Assembly (NCBI GenBank): GCA_027310225.1
Contig: DAIDBG010000057.1
Span: 1-44,173, forward strand
Length of the DNA stretch: 44,173 bases
Direction of reading: 5' to 3'
Source of the DNA: a bacterium
GTDB taxonomy: Bacteria; Pseudomonadota; Gammaproteobacteria; Burkholderiales; SG8-41
This document shows, one piece after another, positions 20,408 to 30,855 of this stretch. The translations under genes and the position numbers were made by a program. The notes beneath the pieces were generated by a model. It worked only from the letters and a program-made list of their open reading frames with translations. It was not told the origin of the DNA and searched no databases. How positions within the stretch are numbered: position 1 is the stretch's first letter; each line of letters starts with the position of its first letter.

Positions 20408-21061
20408 ATGACCTCCGATTTCAGGCAAGACTTTATCCGCTTCACGATTCGGCAAAACGTCCTGCGCTTCGGCGAATTCCGGACCAAGGCGGGGCGCCTC
20501 TCGCCGTACTTCTTCGATGCCGGGCTGTTCTACGACGGCGCGGCGCTGAAAGAGCTGGCCCAATTCTACGCGAAAGCCATCCTCGCCGCCGGCATCCGGT
20601 TCGACATGCTGTTCGGCCCCGCCTACAAGGGCATCCCCCTGGTGGCGGCGGTCGCCATGACGCTCGCCGACGCCGGCCGCAACGTGCGCTACAGCTTCAA
20701 CCGCAAGGAGGCGAAGGACCACGGCGAGGGCGGGGCCGTGATCGGGGCGCCGCTCGCGGGAAGCGTCCTGATCGTGGACGACGTCATCTCCGCGGGCACC
20801 TCGGTGCGTGAGTCCGTCAACCTGATCCGCGCCTCGAACGCCGTTCCCTGCGGGGTGGTGATCGCTCTCGACCGGATGGAGCGCGGCGGCGGGGCGCTGT
20901 CGGCGGTGCAGGAAGTGAGGGCAAGTTATAATATTCCGGTGATCAGCATCGCCACCCTCGATGACCTGGTGCAGTACCTGAAGGCCGAGCCGCGGCACGC
21001 GCTGCTTCTCGCCGCGGTCGGCCGCTATCGCGAACAATACGGAGTCACGACCCATGCATAA
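20408..21061 (+). CDS. pyrE: Orotate phosphoribosyltransferase
   Basis: MTSDFRQDFIRFTIRQNVLRFGEFRTKAGRLSPYFFDAGLF...VLIVDDVISAGTS (PRPP-binding motif). Confidence 0.95.
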   Translation: MTSDFRQDFIRFTIRQNVLRFGEFRTKAGRLSPYFFDAGLFYDGAALKELAQFYAKAILAAGIRFDMLFGPAYKGIPLVAAVAMTLADAGRNVRYSFNRKEAKDHGEGGAVIGAPLAGSVLIVDDVISAGTSVRESVNLIRASNAVPCGVVIALDRMERGGGALSAVQEVRASYNIPVISIATLDDLVQYLKAEPRHALLLAAVGRYREQYGVTTHA

Positions 21062-21761
21062 GATCCACTGCGCGTTCCTCTCGGCGGCGCTCGTCGCGGT
21101 GCCGGCGCTCCTGCTGTCCGGCGCGGCCTTCGCCCAGTCCAAGGGCGGCAGCGGCAAGATCGTGTGCTGGAAGGACAAGAACGGGAAGGTCATCGGCTGC
21201 GGCGACCGGGTCCCGCCGGAATACCGGGAGAGCGCGACCAAGGAACTCGACCAGCGCGGCGTGACGCGCAGGACGACCGAATCGGCCGAAGAGGAAGCCA
21301 GGCGCAGGGCGCAGGAAGAAGCGTCCACCCGGCAGAAGGCCGAAGAAAAGAAGAAGCTCGTCGAGCAGCAGCGGCAGGACACGGCGCTGATCAACACCTT
21401 CTCCAACGAGAAGGAGATTGACCTCAAGCGCGACCGCGATCTTCTGGTGGTGGAATCGCAGCTCAAGCAGATGCAGGTTTCGCTCAAGAACGCGACCGAC
21501 CGCTACAACGAGGCCAGGGGCCGGGCGGAGGCCGCCGAGAAAAGCAAGAGACCTCTGTCCGATTCCCTGAAGGAGGATCTGGCGCGCACCGCGAATGAGA
21601 AGCAGAAGATCGAGCAGGACCTCGCCGCCAGGGAAAAGGAAAAGGAGGGGATCCGCAGGCGCTACGCGGAGATGAGGGAGCGCTACCTCATGCTCAAGGG
21701 CGGCGGCACCCAGGCTACGGCGGCGAATCCGGCGCCGTCAGCGGCGCCGGTGAAGAAGTAG
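21054..21761 (+). CDS. Secreted DUF4124-type coiled-coil protein
   Basis: Signal peptide (ALLLSGAAFA), then KIVCWKDKNGKVIGCGDRVPPEY (DUF4124-like) and a long charged coiled-coil region. It overlaps the pyrE stop by 8 nt. Confidence 0.7.
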   Translation: MHKIHCAFLSAALVAVPALLLSGAAFAQSKGGSGKIVCWKDKNGKVIGCGDRVPPEYRESATKELDQRGVTRRTTESAEEEARRRAQEEASTRQKAEEKKKLVEQQRQDTALINTFSNEKEIDLKRDRDLLVVESQLKQMQVSLKNATDRYNEARGRAEAAEKSKRPLSDSLKEDLARTANEKQKIEQDLAAREKEKEGIRRRYAEMRERYLMLKGGGTQATAANPAPSAAPVKK

Positions 21762-21775
21762 CGGTCGGCTTTCCG

Positions 21776-23266
21776 CTAAGGCGCAAGCCTGCGCCTGAGA
21801 ATCTCGCTCACCTGCCGGGGATCGGCCTTGCCCATGGTCATCTTCATCACCTGGCCGACGAGCGAGTTGAACGCCTTTTCTTTCCCGCTCCTGTAGTCCG
21901 CCACCTGCGAAGGATTTGCAGCAATAACATCGCTGCAAATCCTTTCCAGCTCGCCACTATCGGAAATTTGCTTCAATCCGCGCCTCTCGATGATCGCATC
22001 GGCATCCCCACCGCCCTCGCCTTTCCACATCGCCGAAAAAACCTCTTTCGCGGTTCGATTATTCAGCGTTTGATCCAGTTGGCGCGCGAGCAGTTTGGCG
22101 AGTTGCAGCGGTGAAACTGGAGCTTGCTCGATCTCAAGCGCGGATTCGTTTAGCGAGGCCGAAAGGGCACCCAGGATCCAGTTTGAGGTCAGCTTCGCGA
22201 CGCCGGACAGCACGGGCTTCTGACCCTCCATCCCGGTCTGGACACGGGTCATGTCCATGGTGAGTTTGGTTGCCTGCTCAAAATACGTTGCGAATCCTAT
22301 CGTCGTCGTCAGCACTTGTGCGTCGTATTCCGGGAGCTGGTAATCCGTAACAAAGCGGCTTCGCATTGCATCCGGCAGTTCCGGCATTTCCATCTTTATT
22401 TTCCCGACCCACGATTCGGCAACTTCCAGCGGCAAGAGGTCCGGATCGGGAAAATAGCGGTAGTCGTGCGCCTCTTCCTTGGTGCGCATCGAGCGCGTCT
22501 CGTCCCTGTTCGCGTCGTAGAGCCGCGTCTCCTGCAGGATGCTGCCGCCGTCCTCGAGGATCTCGATCTGGCGCCTCGCCTCGAACTCGATCGCGCGCTC
22601 GAGGAAGCGAAAGGAGTTGAGGTTCTTGATCTCGCAGCGCGTGCCGAGCCTGTCCGACCCGGCGGGCCGCACCGAGACGTTGGCGTCGCAGCGAAACGAG
22701 CCCTCCTGCATGTTGCCGTCGCAGATGTCGATCCAGCGCACCAGCGCGTGCAGCGCCCTGGCGTACGCCACGGCTTCCCGCGCCGAGCGCAGGTCGGGCT
22801 CGGAGACGATCTCGAGCAGCGGCGTGCTGGCGCGGTTCAGGTCTATGCCGGTGAAATCATGGAAGCTCTCGTGCAGCGACTTGCCCGCGTCTTCTTCGAG
22901 ATGCGCGCGGGTGAGCCGGATTGTCTTTCCTTCGCCTTCCACATAAATGCCGATCGTACCGCCCTGGACGATCGGCATTTCGTACTGGCTGATCTGGTAG
23001 CCCTTGGGGAGATCGGGATAGAAATAGTTCTTGCGGGCAAAGATCGAGCGGCGGTTGATTCTCGCCCCGACCGCGAGCCCGAAGCGCACCGCCTTGGCCA
23101 CCGCCTCGCGGTTCGCGACCGGCAGCACGCCGGGCAGCGCGATGTCCACCGCGCAGGCCTGGGTGTTGGGCGCGGCGCCGAACGCCGTCGCCGATCCCGA
23201 GAACATCTTCGAGCGCGTGTTGAGCTGCGCGTGCGCCTCGAGCCCGATGACGGTTTCCCACTTCAT
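21776..23266 (-). CDS. gatB: Asp-tRNA(Asn)/Glu-tRNA(Gln) amidotransferase subunit B
   Basis: [24 protein letters not shown]...[15 protein letters not shown]...C-terminal YqeY-like tail; 496 aa. Confidence 0.97.
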   Translation of the reverse strand: MKWETVIGLEAHAQLNTRSKMFSGSATAFGAAPNTQACAVDIALPGVLPVANREAVAKAVRFGLAVGARINRRSIFARKNYFYPDLPKGYQISQYEMPIVQGGTIGIYVEGEGKTIRLTRAHLEEDAGKSLHESFHDFTGIDLNRASTPLLEIVSEPDLRSAREAVAYARALHALVRWIDICDGNMQEGSFRCDANVSVRPAGSDRLGTRCEIKNLNSFRFLERAIEFEARRQIEILEDGGSILQETRLYDANRDETRSMRTKEEAHDYRYFPDPDLLPLEVAESWVGKIKMEMPELPDAMRSRFVTDYQLPEYDAQVLTTTIGFATYFEQATKLTMDMTRVQTGMEGQKPVLSGVAKLTSNWILGALSASLNESALEIEQAPVSPLQLAKLLARQLDQTLNNRTAKEVFSAMWKGEGGGDADAIIERRGLKQISDSGELERICSDVIAANPSQVADYRSGKEKAFNSLVGQVMKMTMGKADPRQVSEILRRRLAP

Positions 23267-23279
23267 CGCTGCCGCTCCC

Positions 23280-23379
23280 GTGAGGAGTAAGGAGTGAGGA
23301 GTAAGGAGGCAAACCCTCCAGCGCTCACTGCCAAGTTCTTCTCCTCACACCTCACACCTCACGCCTCACGCCTCACGCG
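23280..23379. repeat. Heptad-periodic palindrome (GTGAGGA/GTAAGGA units versus CCTCAC units) in the gatA-gatB gap
   Basis: 23280-23306 pairs with 23350-23376. There are 6 bp per heptad, and the 7th position is A.G or A.A (23286/23370, 23293/23363, 23300/23356). The gatA stop (23373-23375) lies inside the outermost unit. Confidence 0.85.
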
Positions 23380-24833
23380 TCGCATCCCGGGGGGATGCGA
23401 CGATGCCAGTCGGTCGCGAGCTGGTACTGGTGCGCGAGGCCGAGCATGCGCGCCTCCGCGAAATAATTGCCGACGATCTGCAGCCCGACCGGCAGGCCCG
23501 CCGCGTCGAAGCCGCAGGGTATGGACATGCCGGGCAGGCCGGCCAGATTCGCCGGGATGGTGTAAATGTCGTTGAGATACATCCGCACCGGGTCGTCCAT
23601 CTTCTCGCCGAGCCTGAACGCGGTGGTGGGGCTGGTCGGCCCTGCGATCACGTCGCAGCGCTTGAAGGCTTCCGCGAAGTCGCGCGCGATCAGCCGCCGC
23701 ACCCGCTGCGCCTGGATATAGTAGGCATCGTAGTAGCCGTGCGAGAGCACGTAGGTGCCGATGAGGATACGCCGCTTCACTTCCCACCCGAAACCCTGCG
23801 AGCGCGTCTTCCTGTACAGGTCGGGCAGATCCGCATACTCCGGCGCCCGGAAGCCGTAGCGCACGCCGTCGTAGCGCGCGAGGTTGCTCGAGGCCTCCGC
23901 CGGCGCCAGCACGTAATACACCGGCACCGACAGCCTCATGTTGGGCAGGCTCACGTCCACCGTCTCGCAGCCGAGTTTCCCGAACTCCGCCACCGCCGCT
24001 TCCACCGCCTTCATCACGGCGGGCGCGGCGCCTTCGGCGAAGAACTCCCTCGGCAGGCCGATCTTCAGCCCCCTCGCCTGCCTGCCGATCTCGCGCGCGT
24101 AGTCCTCGCGGCCGCGCTCGAGCGAGGTGGAGTCGCGTGCGTCAAAACCTGCCATCACGTTCATGAGCAGCGCCAGGTCCTCCGCGGTGCGCGCCATCGG
24201 GCCGCCCTGGTCGAGGCTGGAAGCGAATGCGATCATGCCGTAGCGCGACACCACGCCGTAGGTGGGCTTCAGCCCGCAGATGCCGGAGAGCGCCGCCGGC
24301 TGCCGGATCGAGCCGCCAGTATCGGTGCCAATCGCGCCCGGCGCGAGCCGCGCCGCCACGGCCGCGGCCGACCCCCCGGAGCTGCCGCCGGGCACGGTGG
24401 CGACGTCCCATGGATTGCGGACCGGCCCGTAGTAGGAGGTTTCGCTCGACGAGCCCATGGCGAACTCGTCCATGTTGGTCTTGCCGAGGTTGACCGCCCC
24501 CGCCGCGTTGAGGCGCTCGACCACATGGGCGTCGTAGGGAGAGACGAAGTTGGACAGCATCTTCGAGCCGCAAGTGGTGAGCCAGCCCCGGGAACAGAAG
24601 ATGTCCTTCTGCGCGATCGGGATGCCGGTGAGCGCCTGCCCGCGCCCGGTAGCGCGCAGCCGGTCGGCAGCCTCCGCCTGCCCCAGGCTCGCCTCTTCGT
24701 CGAGCGTGATGAAGCAGTTGTATTTCTGGTTTAATGCCTTGATCCGGCTGAGGAAATGCCTGGTGAGCTCAACGCTGGAGAGCTTGCGCGCCGCCAGTCG
24801 GGCAGATAGCTCCTTGATGGTGGCCTTGTGCAT
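23373..24833 (-). CDS. gatA: Asp-tRNA(Asn)/Glu-tRNA(Gln) amidotransferase subunit A
   Basis: Amidase signature [13 protein letters not shown] and [11 protein letters not shown]...TTCGSKML; 486 aa, between gatC and gatB. Confidence 0.97.
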   Translation of the reverse strand: MHKATIKELSARLAARKLSSVELTRHFLSRIKALNQKYNCFITLDEEASLGQAEAADRLRATGRGQALTGIPIAQKDIFCSRGWLTTCGSKMLSNFVSPYDAHVVERLNAAGAVNLGKTNMDEFAMGSSSETSYYGPVRNPWDVATVPGGSSGGSAAAVAARLAPGAIGTDTGGSIRQPAALSGICGLKPTYGVVSRYGMIAFASSLDQGGPMARTAEDLALLMNVMAGFDARDSTSLERGREDYAREIGRQARGLKIGLPREFFAEGAAPAVMKAVEAAVAEFGKLGCETVDVSLPNMRLSVPVYYVLAPAEASSNLARYDGVRYGFRAPEYADLPDLYRKTRSQGFGWEVKRRILIGTYVLSHGYYDAYYIQAQRVRRLIARDFAEAFKRCDVIAGPTSPTTAFRLGEKMDDPVRMYLNDIYTIPANLAGLPGMSIPCGFDAAGLPVGLQIVGNYFAEARMLGLAHQYQLATDWHRRIPPGCDA

Positions 24834-24907
24834 TAGGGAATAGGGAAGAGGGAAGAGGGACGGGAATACCGGTTCTCCACCCCGCTCCCCTGTTCCCTAT
24901 TCCCTTA
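24834..24907. repeat. Heptad-periodic palindrome (TAGGGAA/GAGGGAA units) filling the entire gatC-gatA gap
   Basis: 24835-24847 pairs perfectly (13 bp) with 24893-24905, and imperfect pairing continues to a CCGG tip at 24869-24872. The element is bounded by the gatA ATG (24831-24833) and the gatC TAA (24905-24907). Confidence 0.9.
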
Positions 24908-25192
24908 CTCAATGACCTTGGGGACGAGGTAAAGATCGCCCTCGACGTGGGGGGCGACCGACTGGAACAGGGCGTGCTGGTCGCCCTCGGTGACGGCGTC
25001 CTCGCGCAGCCGCTGCGTCACATCCAGCGCGTGCGACATCGGCTCCACTCCGCGGGTGTCCACCGCCTGCATCTCGGCAATGAGCCGGAACACGTCGTTG
25101 ATCTGCGACAGCACGGCCCGCGCCTCGGACTCGTCAATTGCGATCCGGGCGAGCTCGGCGACGCGCTTCACGTCGTCAGCCGTCAATGCCAT
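24905..25192 (-). CDS. gatC: Asp-tRNA(Asn)/Glu-tRNA(Gln) amidotransferase subunit C
   Basis: 95-aa ORF MALTADDVKRVAELARIAIDESEARAVLSQINDVFRLIAEMQAVDT.GVEPM, canonical GatC. Confidence 0.95.
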   Translation of the reverse strand: MALTADDVKRVAELARIAIDESEARAVLSQINDVFRLIAEMQAVDTRGVEPMSHALDVTQRLREDAVTEGDQHALFQSVAPHVEGDLYLVPKVIE

Positions 25193-25194
25193 GA

Positions 25195-26331
<1,137 letters not shown>

Positions 26332-26338
26332 TGGCGGG

Positions 26339-26422
26339 GTTCCGGGCTCAAGGTTCCAAGTTCAAAATCCCGCGTTCCAAGTTTCAGGTTTTGACGTTGA
26401 ACCCTGAACCTTGAACCCGGAA
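26339..26422. repeat. Palindromic element of the GGTTCAA/TTGAACC heptad type in the mreB-mreC gap
   Basis: GTTCCGGGCTCAAGGTTCCAAGTTCAA (26339-26365) pairs with TTGAACCCTGAACCTTGAACCCGGAAC (26396-26422), about 22 of 27 positions. The central 30 nt contain further GTTCCAAGTTTCAGG units. Confidence 0.85.
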
Positions 26423-26433
26423 CGTTGAAGCAG

Positions 26434-27330
26434 ATGGAACATCAGCCTCCTCCATTTTTCAAGACTGGCCCCACCCCGCTCGCCCGCCTGCTGATCTTCA
26501 CCGCGCTGTCCGTAACAGTCCTCGTCGCCGACGCCCGCTTCAACTACCTCCCCACGCTGCGCCAGGTCGTGGCGGTGATGGTGTACCCGCTGCAGCGCAT
26601 CGCGTCCGCCCCCGCGGGCATCGTGCGGCGCGTCGGCGAGTTCTTCGTCACGCAATCGTCGCTTCGCGCCGACAACGCGCGGCTCCGGGAAGAAAGCCTC
26701 GCCAACGCATCGGCGCTGCAGCAAATCCCGGCGCTGCAGGCCGAGAACCGCCAGCTGCGCGATCTGCTCGCCGTGCGCGAGCGCCTCGAGGTCAGGGTGG
26801 TCGCCGCCGAAACGCTCTATGCGGCGCACGACCCGTTCAGCCGCAAGATCGTCGTTGACAAGGGATCGCAGCAAGGGATCAGGGCCGGCCAGCCGGTGAT
26901 TGACCAGAGCGGCGTGATCGGACAGGTAACGCGCGCCTATCCGTGGCTCTCCGAGGTCACGCTGATCACGGACAAGGGCCAGCTCGTGCCGGTGCAGAAC
27001 CTGCGCAACGGGCTGCGTGCGGTGCTTGCGGGCACGGGCAACGACGGCACGCTCGAGTTGCGCTTCGTCCCCCTCAACGCCGATTACCAGAACGGCGACC
27101 GGCTCGTCACCTCCGGCATTGACGGCGTATATCCGCCGGGGCTGCCGGTGGCGCAGGTATCGAACGTCATAAGGAACGCGGCGCAGCCCTTCGCGCGGAT
27201 CGCCGGCACGCCGCTCGCGGGAGTGGCGAGCTACGCGCACGTCCTGATCGTGCAGGGGCAACGCGACCTGCCGCCACGCCCGCCCGACGAGGACCAGCCG
27301 GCCCGGACCAGGAAACCGAGGAAGAACTGA
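26434..27330 (+). CDS. mreC: Rod shape-determining protein MreC
   Basis: N-terminal TM segment, a coiled-coil (LQAENRQLRDLLA) and an MreC beta-domain (GIRAGQPVIDQSGVIGQV). It lies between mreB and mreD. An alternative TTG start is at 26425. Confidence 0.9.
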   Translation: MEHQPPPFFKTGPTPLARLLIFTALSVTVLVADARFNYLPTLRQVVAVMVYPLQRIASAPAGIVRRVGEFFVTQSSLRADNARLREESLANASALQQIPALQAENRQLRDLLAVRERLEVRVVAAETLYAAHDPFSRKIVVDKGSQQGIRAGQPVIDQSGVIGQVTRAYPWLSEVTLITDKGQLVPVQNLRNGLRAVLAGTGNDGTLELRFVPLNADYQNGDRLVTSGIDGVYPPGLPVAQVSNVIRNAAQPFARIAGTPLAGVASYAHVLIVQGQRDLPPRPPDEDQPARTRKPRKN

Positions 27331-27851
27331 TGATCGAAGCACGCGCGCTGCGCCACGAGATCCTGCTCCCGGTCAAGCCCGGCTTCATCGCTTTCACGCT
27401 GATCGCCGCGTTGCTGCTGAACCTTCTGCCATGGTCCGGTGACTGGCTTTGGGTGAAGCCCGACTTCGTCGCGCTCGTCGTGCTCTACTGGTGCGTCGAG
27501 CAGCCGCGCAGGCTCGGCTTCGCCGTGCCGTGGCTGCTCGGCCTGCTGATGGACGTCGCCGACGGCACTCTGTTCGGCCAGCATGCGCTGTCCTACACCA
27601 TCCTCGCTTACGCCGGGATCGTCCTGCACCGGCGCGTGCAGATGTTCAACATGAGGCAGCAAGTGCTGCACGTGGTGCCGCTGCTGCTGCTCGCGCAGGC
27701 CGTGGCGCTGCTGGTGCGCCTGGTGGCGGGCGCCGATTTCCCCGGCCTCGCCTACTTCGCAGCGAGCCTGACCGGTGCTGCGCTGTGGCCGGTGATGGGC
27801 CACGTGCTGAAGCTGCCGCAGCGTCCGCGGCTCGATCCCGACCAGGTGTGA
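27330..27851 (+). CDS. mreD: Rod shape-determining protein MreD
   Basis: 173-aa polytopic membrane protein in the canonical position. Its ATG overlaps the mreC TGA by 1 nt. Confidence 0.9.
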   Translation: MIEARALRHEILLPVKPGFIAFTLIAALLLNLLPWSGDWLWVKPDFVALVVLYWCVEQPRRLGFAVPWLLGLLMDVADGTLFGQHALSYTILAYAGIVLHRRVQMFNMRQQVLHVVPLLLLAQAVALLVRLVAGADFPGLAYFAASLTGAALWPVMGHVLKLPQRPRLDPDQV

Positions 27852-27857
27852 TACCCC

Positions 27858-29768
27858 ATGAGCTCCGAATTATCGATCCATCCCGGAGTCGAGCTGAGGA
27901 ACGCGGAACTCGAGATCCGCCGCTTCCGCGCGCGGCTGGCGATCGCGGGCGGGATCGCGCTCTTCCTGTTCGCGTCGCTCTTCGCCCGCCTCTTCTACCT
28001 GCAGGTCGTCAAGTACGAACAGCTGCAGACGCTCGCGGAAGCGAACCGCATCTCCATCGTACCGGTGGTGCCCAACCGCGGCATCATCGTTGACCGCAAC
28101 GGCATCGTGCTGGCGAACAACTACTCTGCCTACACGCTCGAGATCCAGCCCGCCAGGGTCGAGCGACTCGATGTCCTCCTCGACGAGCTCGCCACGGTGG
28201 TCGAGATCACTGCCCGCGACCGGCGCCGTTTCAAGCGGCTGCTCGAGGAGAGCAAGGGCATCGGCAGCCTCCCGGTCCGCACCCGGCTCTCGGACGAGGA
28301 GATCGCCCGCTTCGCAGCGAACCGCTATCGCTTCCCGGGCGTGGAAGTCAACGCGCGGCTGTTCCGGCGGTATCCGCAGGGCGAGCTGTTCTCGCACGTG
28401 GTCGGCTACATCGGCCGCATCAACCAGCGCGAGGTGGAGCAGCTGGAGGCCGAAGGGATCTTCTCCAACTACCGTGGCACCGACTACATCGGCAAGACCG
28501 GGCTCGAGCAGAGCTACGAGCGGTCTCTTCACGGAACGACCGGCGTCGAGGAAGTGGAAGTGGATTCCGGGGGACGGCCGGTCCGCACGCTGTCGCGCAC
28601 GCCCCCCGTGTTCGGCAACAACCTGGTCCTCAATCTCGACGCACGCCTCCAGGAAGTCGCCTACAACGCGTTCGGTGACCGGCGCGGGGCGCTGGTCGCG
28701 ATCGAACCGTCAACGGGGGGCGTGCTCGCGTTCGTGAGCAAACCCGGGTTCGACGCCAACCTCTTCGTTGACGGCATTGATCCGCAAAACTGGAACGAGT
28801 TGAATACCTCGCCCGACCGGCCGCTGCTCAACCGCGCGCTCGCCGGCACCTACCCGCCCGGCTCCACCTTCAAGCCGTACATGGCGCTTGCGGCGCTCAC
28901 CTACGGCAAGCGTACTCCGCAGCAGACCATCAGCGATCCGGGGTATTTCAACTTTGGCGGTCGCCTGTTCCGCGACAGCAAACCGGGGGGATACGGGATA
29001 GTGGACCTGTACAAGTCCCTCGTCGTGTCCTCCGACACCTATTACTACATGCTCGCCAACGACCTCGGGATTGACGCCATCTCGCGTTTTGTGGCGCTGT
29101 TCGGCTTCGGCAGCCGCACCGGCATTGACATCGAGGGTGAGGCGGCGGGGGTACTGCCCTCGCAGGAGTGGAAAATGCGCCGCTTCAGGCAGAAGTGGTT
29201 CGCGGGCGAGACCATCAGCGTCGGCATCGGGCAGGGCTACAACGCCTACACGCCGTTGCAGCTTGCGACGGCGATTGCCACACTCGCCAACGACGGAGTG
29301 ATGTTGCAGCCGCGCATCGCGAACTACATCGAGGACACCCGCACCCGCGAGCGCACCGCTGTCGCGACCAGTGCGCCGCGTGCGCTCGGGCTCAATCCCG
29401 AGTACCTCGCGGTGGTCAAGCAGGCGCTCGTCGGGGTGAACAAGGAGGGCACGGGCGCACGCGCGTTCGCGGGCGCCGAGTACGTGAGCGGGGGCAAGAC
29501 CGGCACGGCGCAGGTCATCGGCATCAAGCAGGGAGAAAAGGACGCCGAAAGCCGCATGGACGAGCGCCTCCGCGATCATGCCCTGTTCATCGCTTACGCG
29601 CCGGCGGACAAGCCGAAGATTGCGCTCGCCGTGATCGTCGAGAATTCAGGTTTCGGCGCGCGTTACGCCGCGCCGATCGCGCGCAAGGTCCTCGACTACT
29701 ACCTGCTCGGCAAGCTGCCCGCGCCGGAGAGGCGCGGCAAGGACGAAAACTATGCATCCGGCGATTAG
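27858..29768 (+). CDS. mrdA: Penicillin-binding protein 2 (elongasome transpeptidase)
   Basis: 636 aa with the transpeptidase motifs STFKP, SSD and KTGTAQ, in the mreBCD-mrdA-rodA context. Confidence 0.95.
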   Translation: MSSELSIHPGVELRNAELEIRRFRARLAIAGGIALFLFASLFARLFYLQVVKYEQLQTLAEANRISIVPVVPNRGIIVDRNGIVLANNYSAYTLEIQPARVERLDVLLDELATVVEITARDRRRFKRLLEESKGIGSLPVRTRLSDEEIARFAANRYRFPGVEVNARLFRRYPQGELFSHVVGYIGRINQREVEQLEAEGIFSNYRGTDYIGKTGLEQSYERSLHGTTGVEEVEVDSGGRPVRTLSRTPPVFGNNLVLNLDARLQEVAYNAFGDRRGALVAIEPSTGGVLAFVSKPGFDANLFVDGIDPQNWNELNTSPDRPLLNRALAGTYPPGSTFKPYMALAALTYGKRTPQQTISDPGYFNFGGRLFRDSKPGGYGIVDLYKSLVVSSDTYYYMLANDLGIDAISRFVALFGFGSRTGIDIEGEAAGVLPSQEWKMRRFRQKWFAGETISVGIGQGYNAYTPLQLATAIATLANDGVMLQPRIANYIEDTRTRERTAVATSAPRALGLNPEYLAVVKQALVGVNKEGTGARAFAGAEYVSGGKTGTAQVIGIKQGEKDAESRMDERLRDHALFIAYAPADKPKIALAVIVENSGFGARYAAPIARKVLDYYLLGKLPAPERRGKDENYASGD

Positions 29769-30855
29769 GCGCCTGGGCGGCTACGTGACGCGCCGCATTG
29801 ACGACGTGCTGCTCGGCCTCGTGCTCGCCTTGATGGCGGTGGGGCTCGTGGTGCTGTTCAGCGCCTCCAACGAGAGCTTCACGCGCGCGACCACCCAACT
29901 GCTCAGCATGCTGATCGCGCTGGGCGTCATGTGGGTCTTCGCCAACATCCCGCCCCACTATCTGCTGCGGCTCGCGTTCCCGCTCTACGTGCTCGGCGTG
30001 CTGCTGCTCATCGCGGTGATGCTGTTCGGCGACGTGGTGCACGGGGCGCGGCGCTGGCTCGATATCGGCATCACGCGCATCCAGCCCGCGGAACTCATGA
30101 AGATCGCGGTGCCGCTCGCGATGGCGTGGTACTTCGACCGCCACGAGGCGACCCTGAGGCTGCGGAACTACGCGATCGGGACGGTGATGCTGGTCCTGCC
30201 CCTCGCGCTGATCGTGCGCCAGCCCGACCTCGGCACGGCGCTGCTCATCGGCGCATCGGGCTTCTTCGTGCTGTTCCTCGCCGGGCTCTCGTGGCGCATC
30301 ATCGCCGGCCTGGCGGCCGCGGCCGCGGCGGCCATGCCGTTCCTGTGGTCGGCGCTGTACGACTACCAGCGCCAGCGCATCCTCACGCTGTTCGACCCGA
30401 TGCAGGATCCCCTGGGGACGGGCTATAACATCCTCCAGTCCACCATCGCCGTAGGTTCGGGGGGGCTCTTCGGCAAGGGCTGGATGAACGGCACCCAGAC
30501 GCACCTCGACTTCATCCCGGAGCGCATGACGGACTTCATCTTCGCTGTGTATTCCGAGGAGTTCGGCCTGTTCGGCAACCTGGTGCTGCTCGCGCTGTTC
30601 CTGCTCGTGATCTCGCGCGGCATGCTGATCGCCGCGAACGCGCCGACTCTGTTCACACGATTGCTCGCGGGGGCGGTCACGCTCACGTTTTTCACCTACG
30701 CCTTCGTCAACATGGGCATGGTGAGCGGGATTCTGCCGGTGGTGGGCATCCCGCTGCCCCTGATCAGCTTCGGGGGCACTGCGCTGGTCTCGATCAGCAT
30801 CGGTATCGGGATACTGATGAGCATCCACAGCCACAAGAAGCTTGTGCAAACCTAA
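29752..30855 (+). CDS. rodA: Peptidoglycan glycosyltransferase RodA (SEDS family)
   Basis: 367-aa polytopic SEDS protein (QPAELMKIA, DFIFAVYSEEFGL, GILPVVGIPLPLISFGGT). It overlaps mrdA by 17 nt. Confidence 0.95.
   Translation: MHPAIRRLGGYVTRRIDDVLLGLVLALMAVGLVVLFSASNESFTRATTQLLSMLIALGVMWVFANIPPHYLLRLAFPLYVLGVLLLIAVMLFGDVVHGARRWLDIGITRIQPAELMKIAVPLAMAWYFDRHEATLRLRNYAIGTVMLVLPLALIVRQPDLGTALLIGASGFFVLFLAGLSWRIIAGLAAAAAAAMPFLWSALYDYQRQRILTLFDPMQDPLGTGYNILQSTIAVGSGGLFGKGWMNGTQTHLDFIPERMTDFIFAVYSEEFGLFGNLVLLALFLLVISRGMLIAANAPTLFTRLLAGAVTLTFFTYAFVNMGMVSGILPVVGIPLPLISFGGTALVSISIGIGILMSIHSHKKLVQT

Noticed and set aside
21762-21775. Possible bidirectional terminator between the DUF4124 gene and gatB (and similar 4-bp GCGG/CCGC stems at 33464-33480)
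   Set aside because: The stems are only 4 bp with no T-tracts, so they are not distinguishable from chance.
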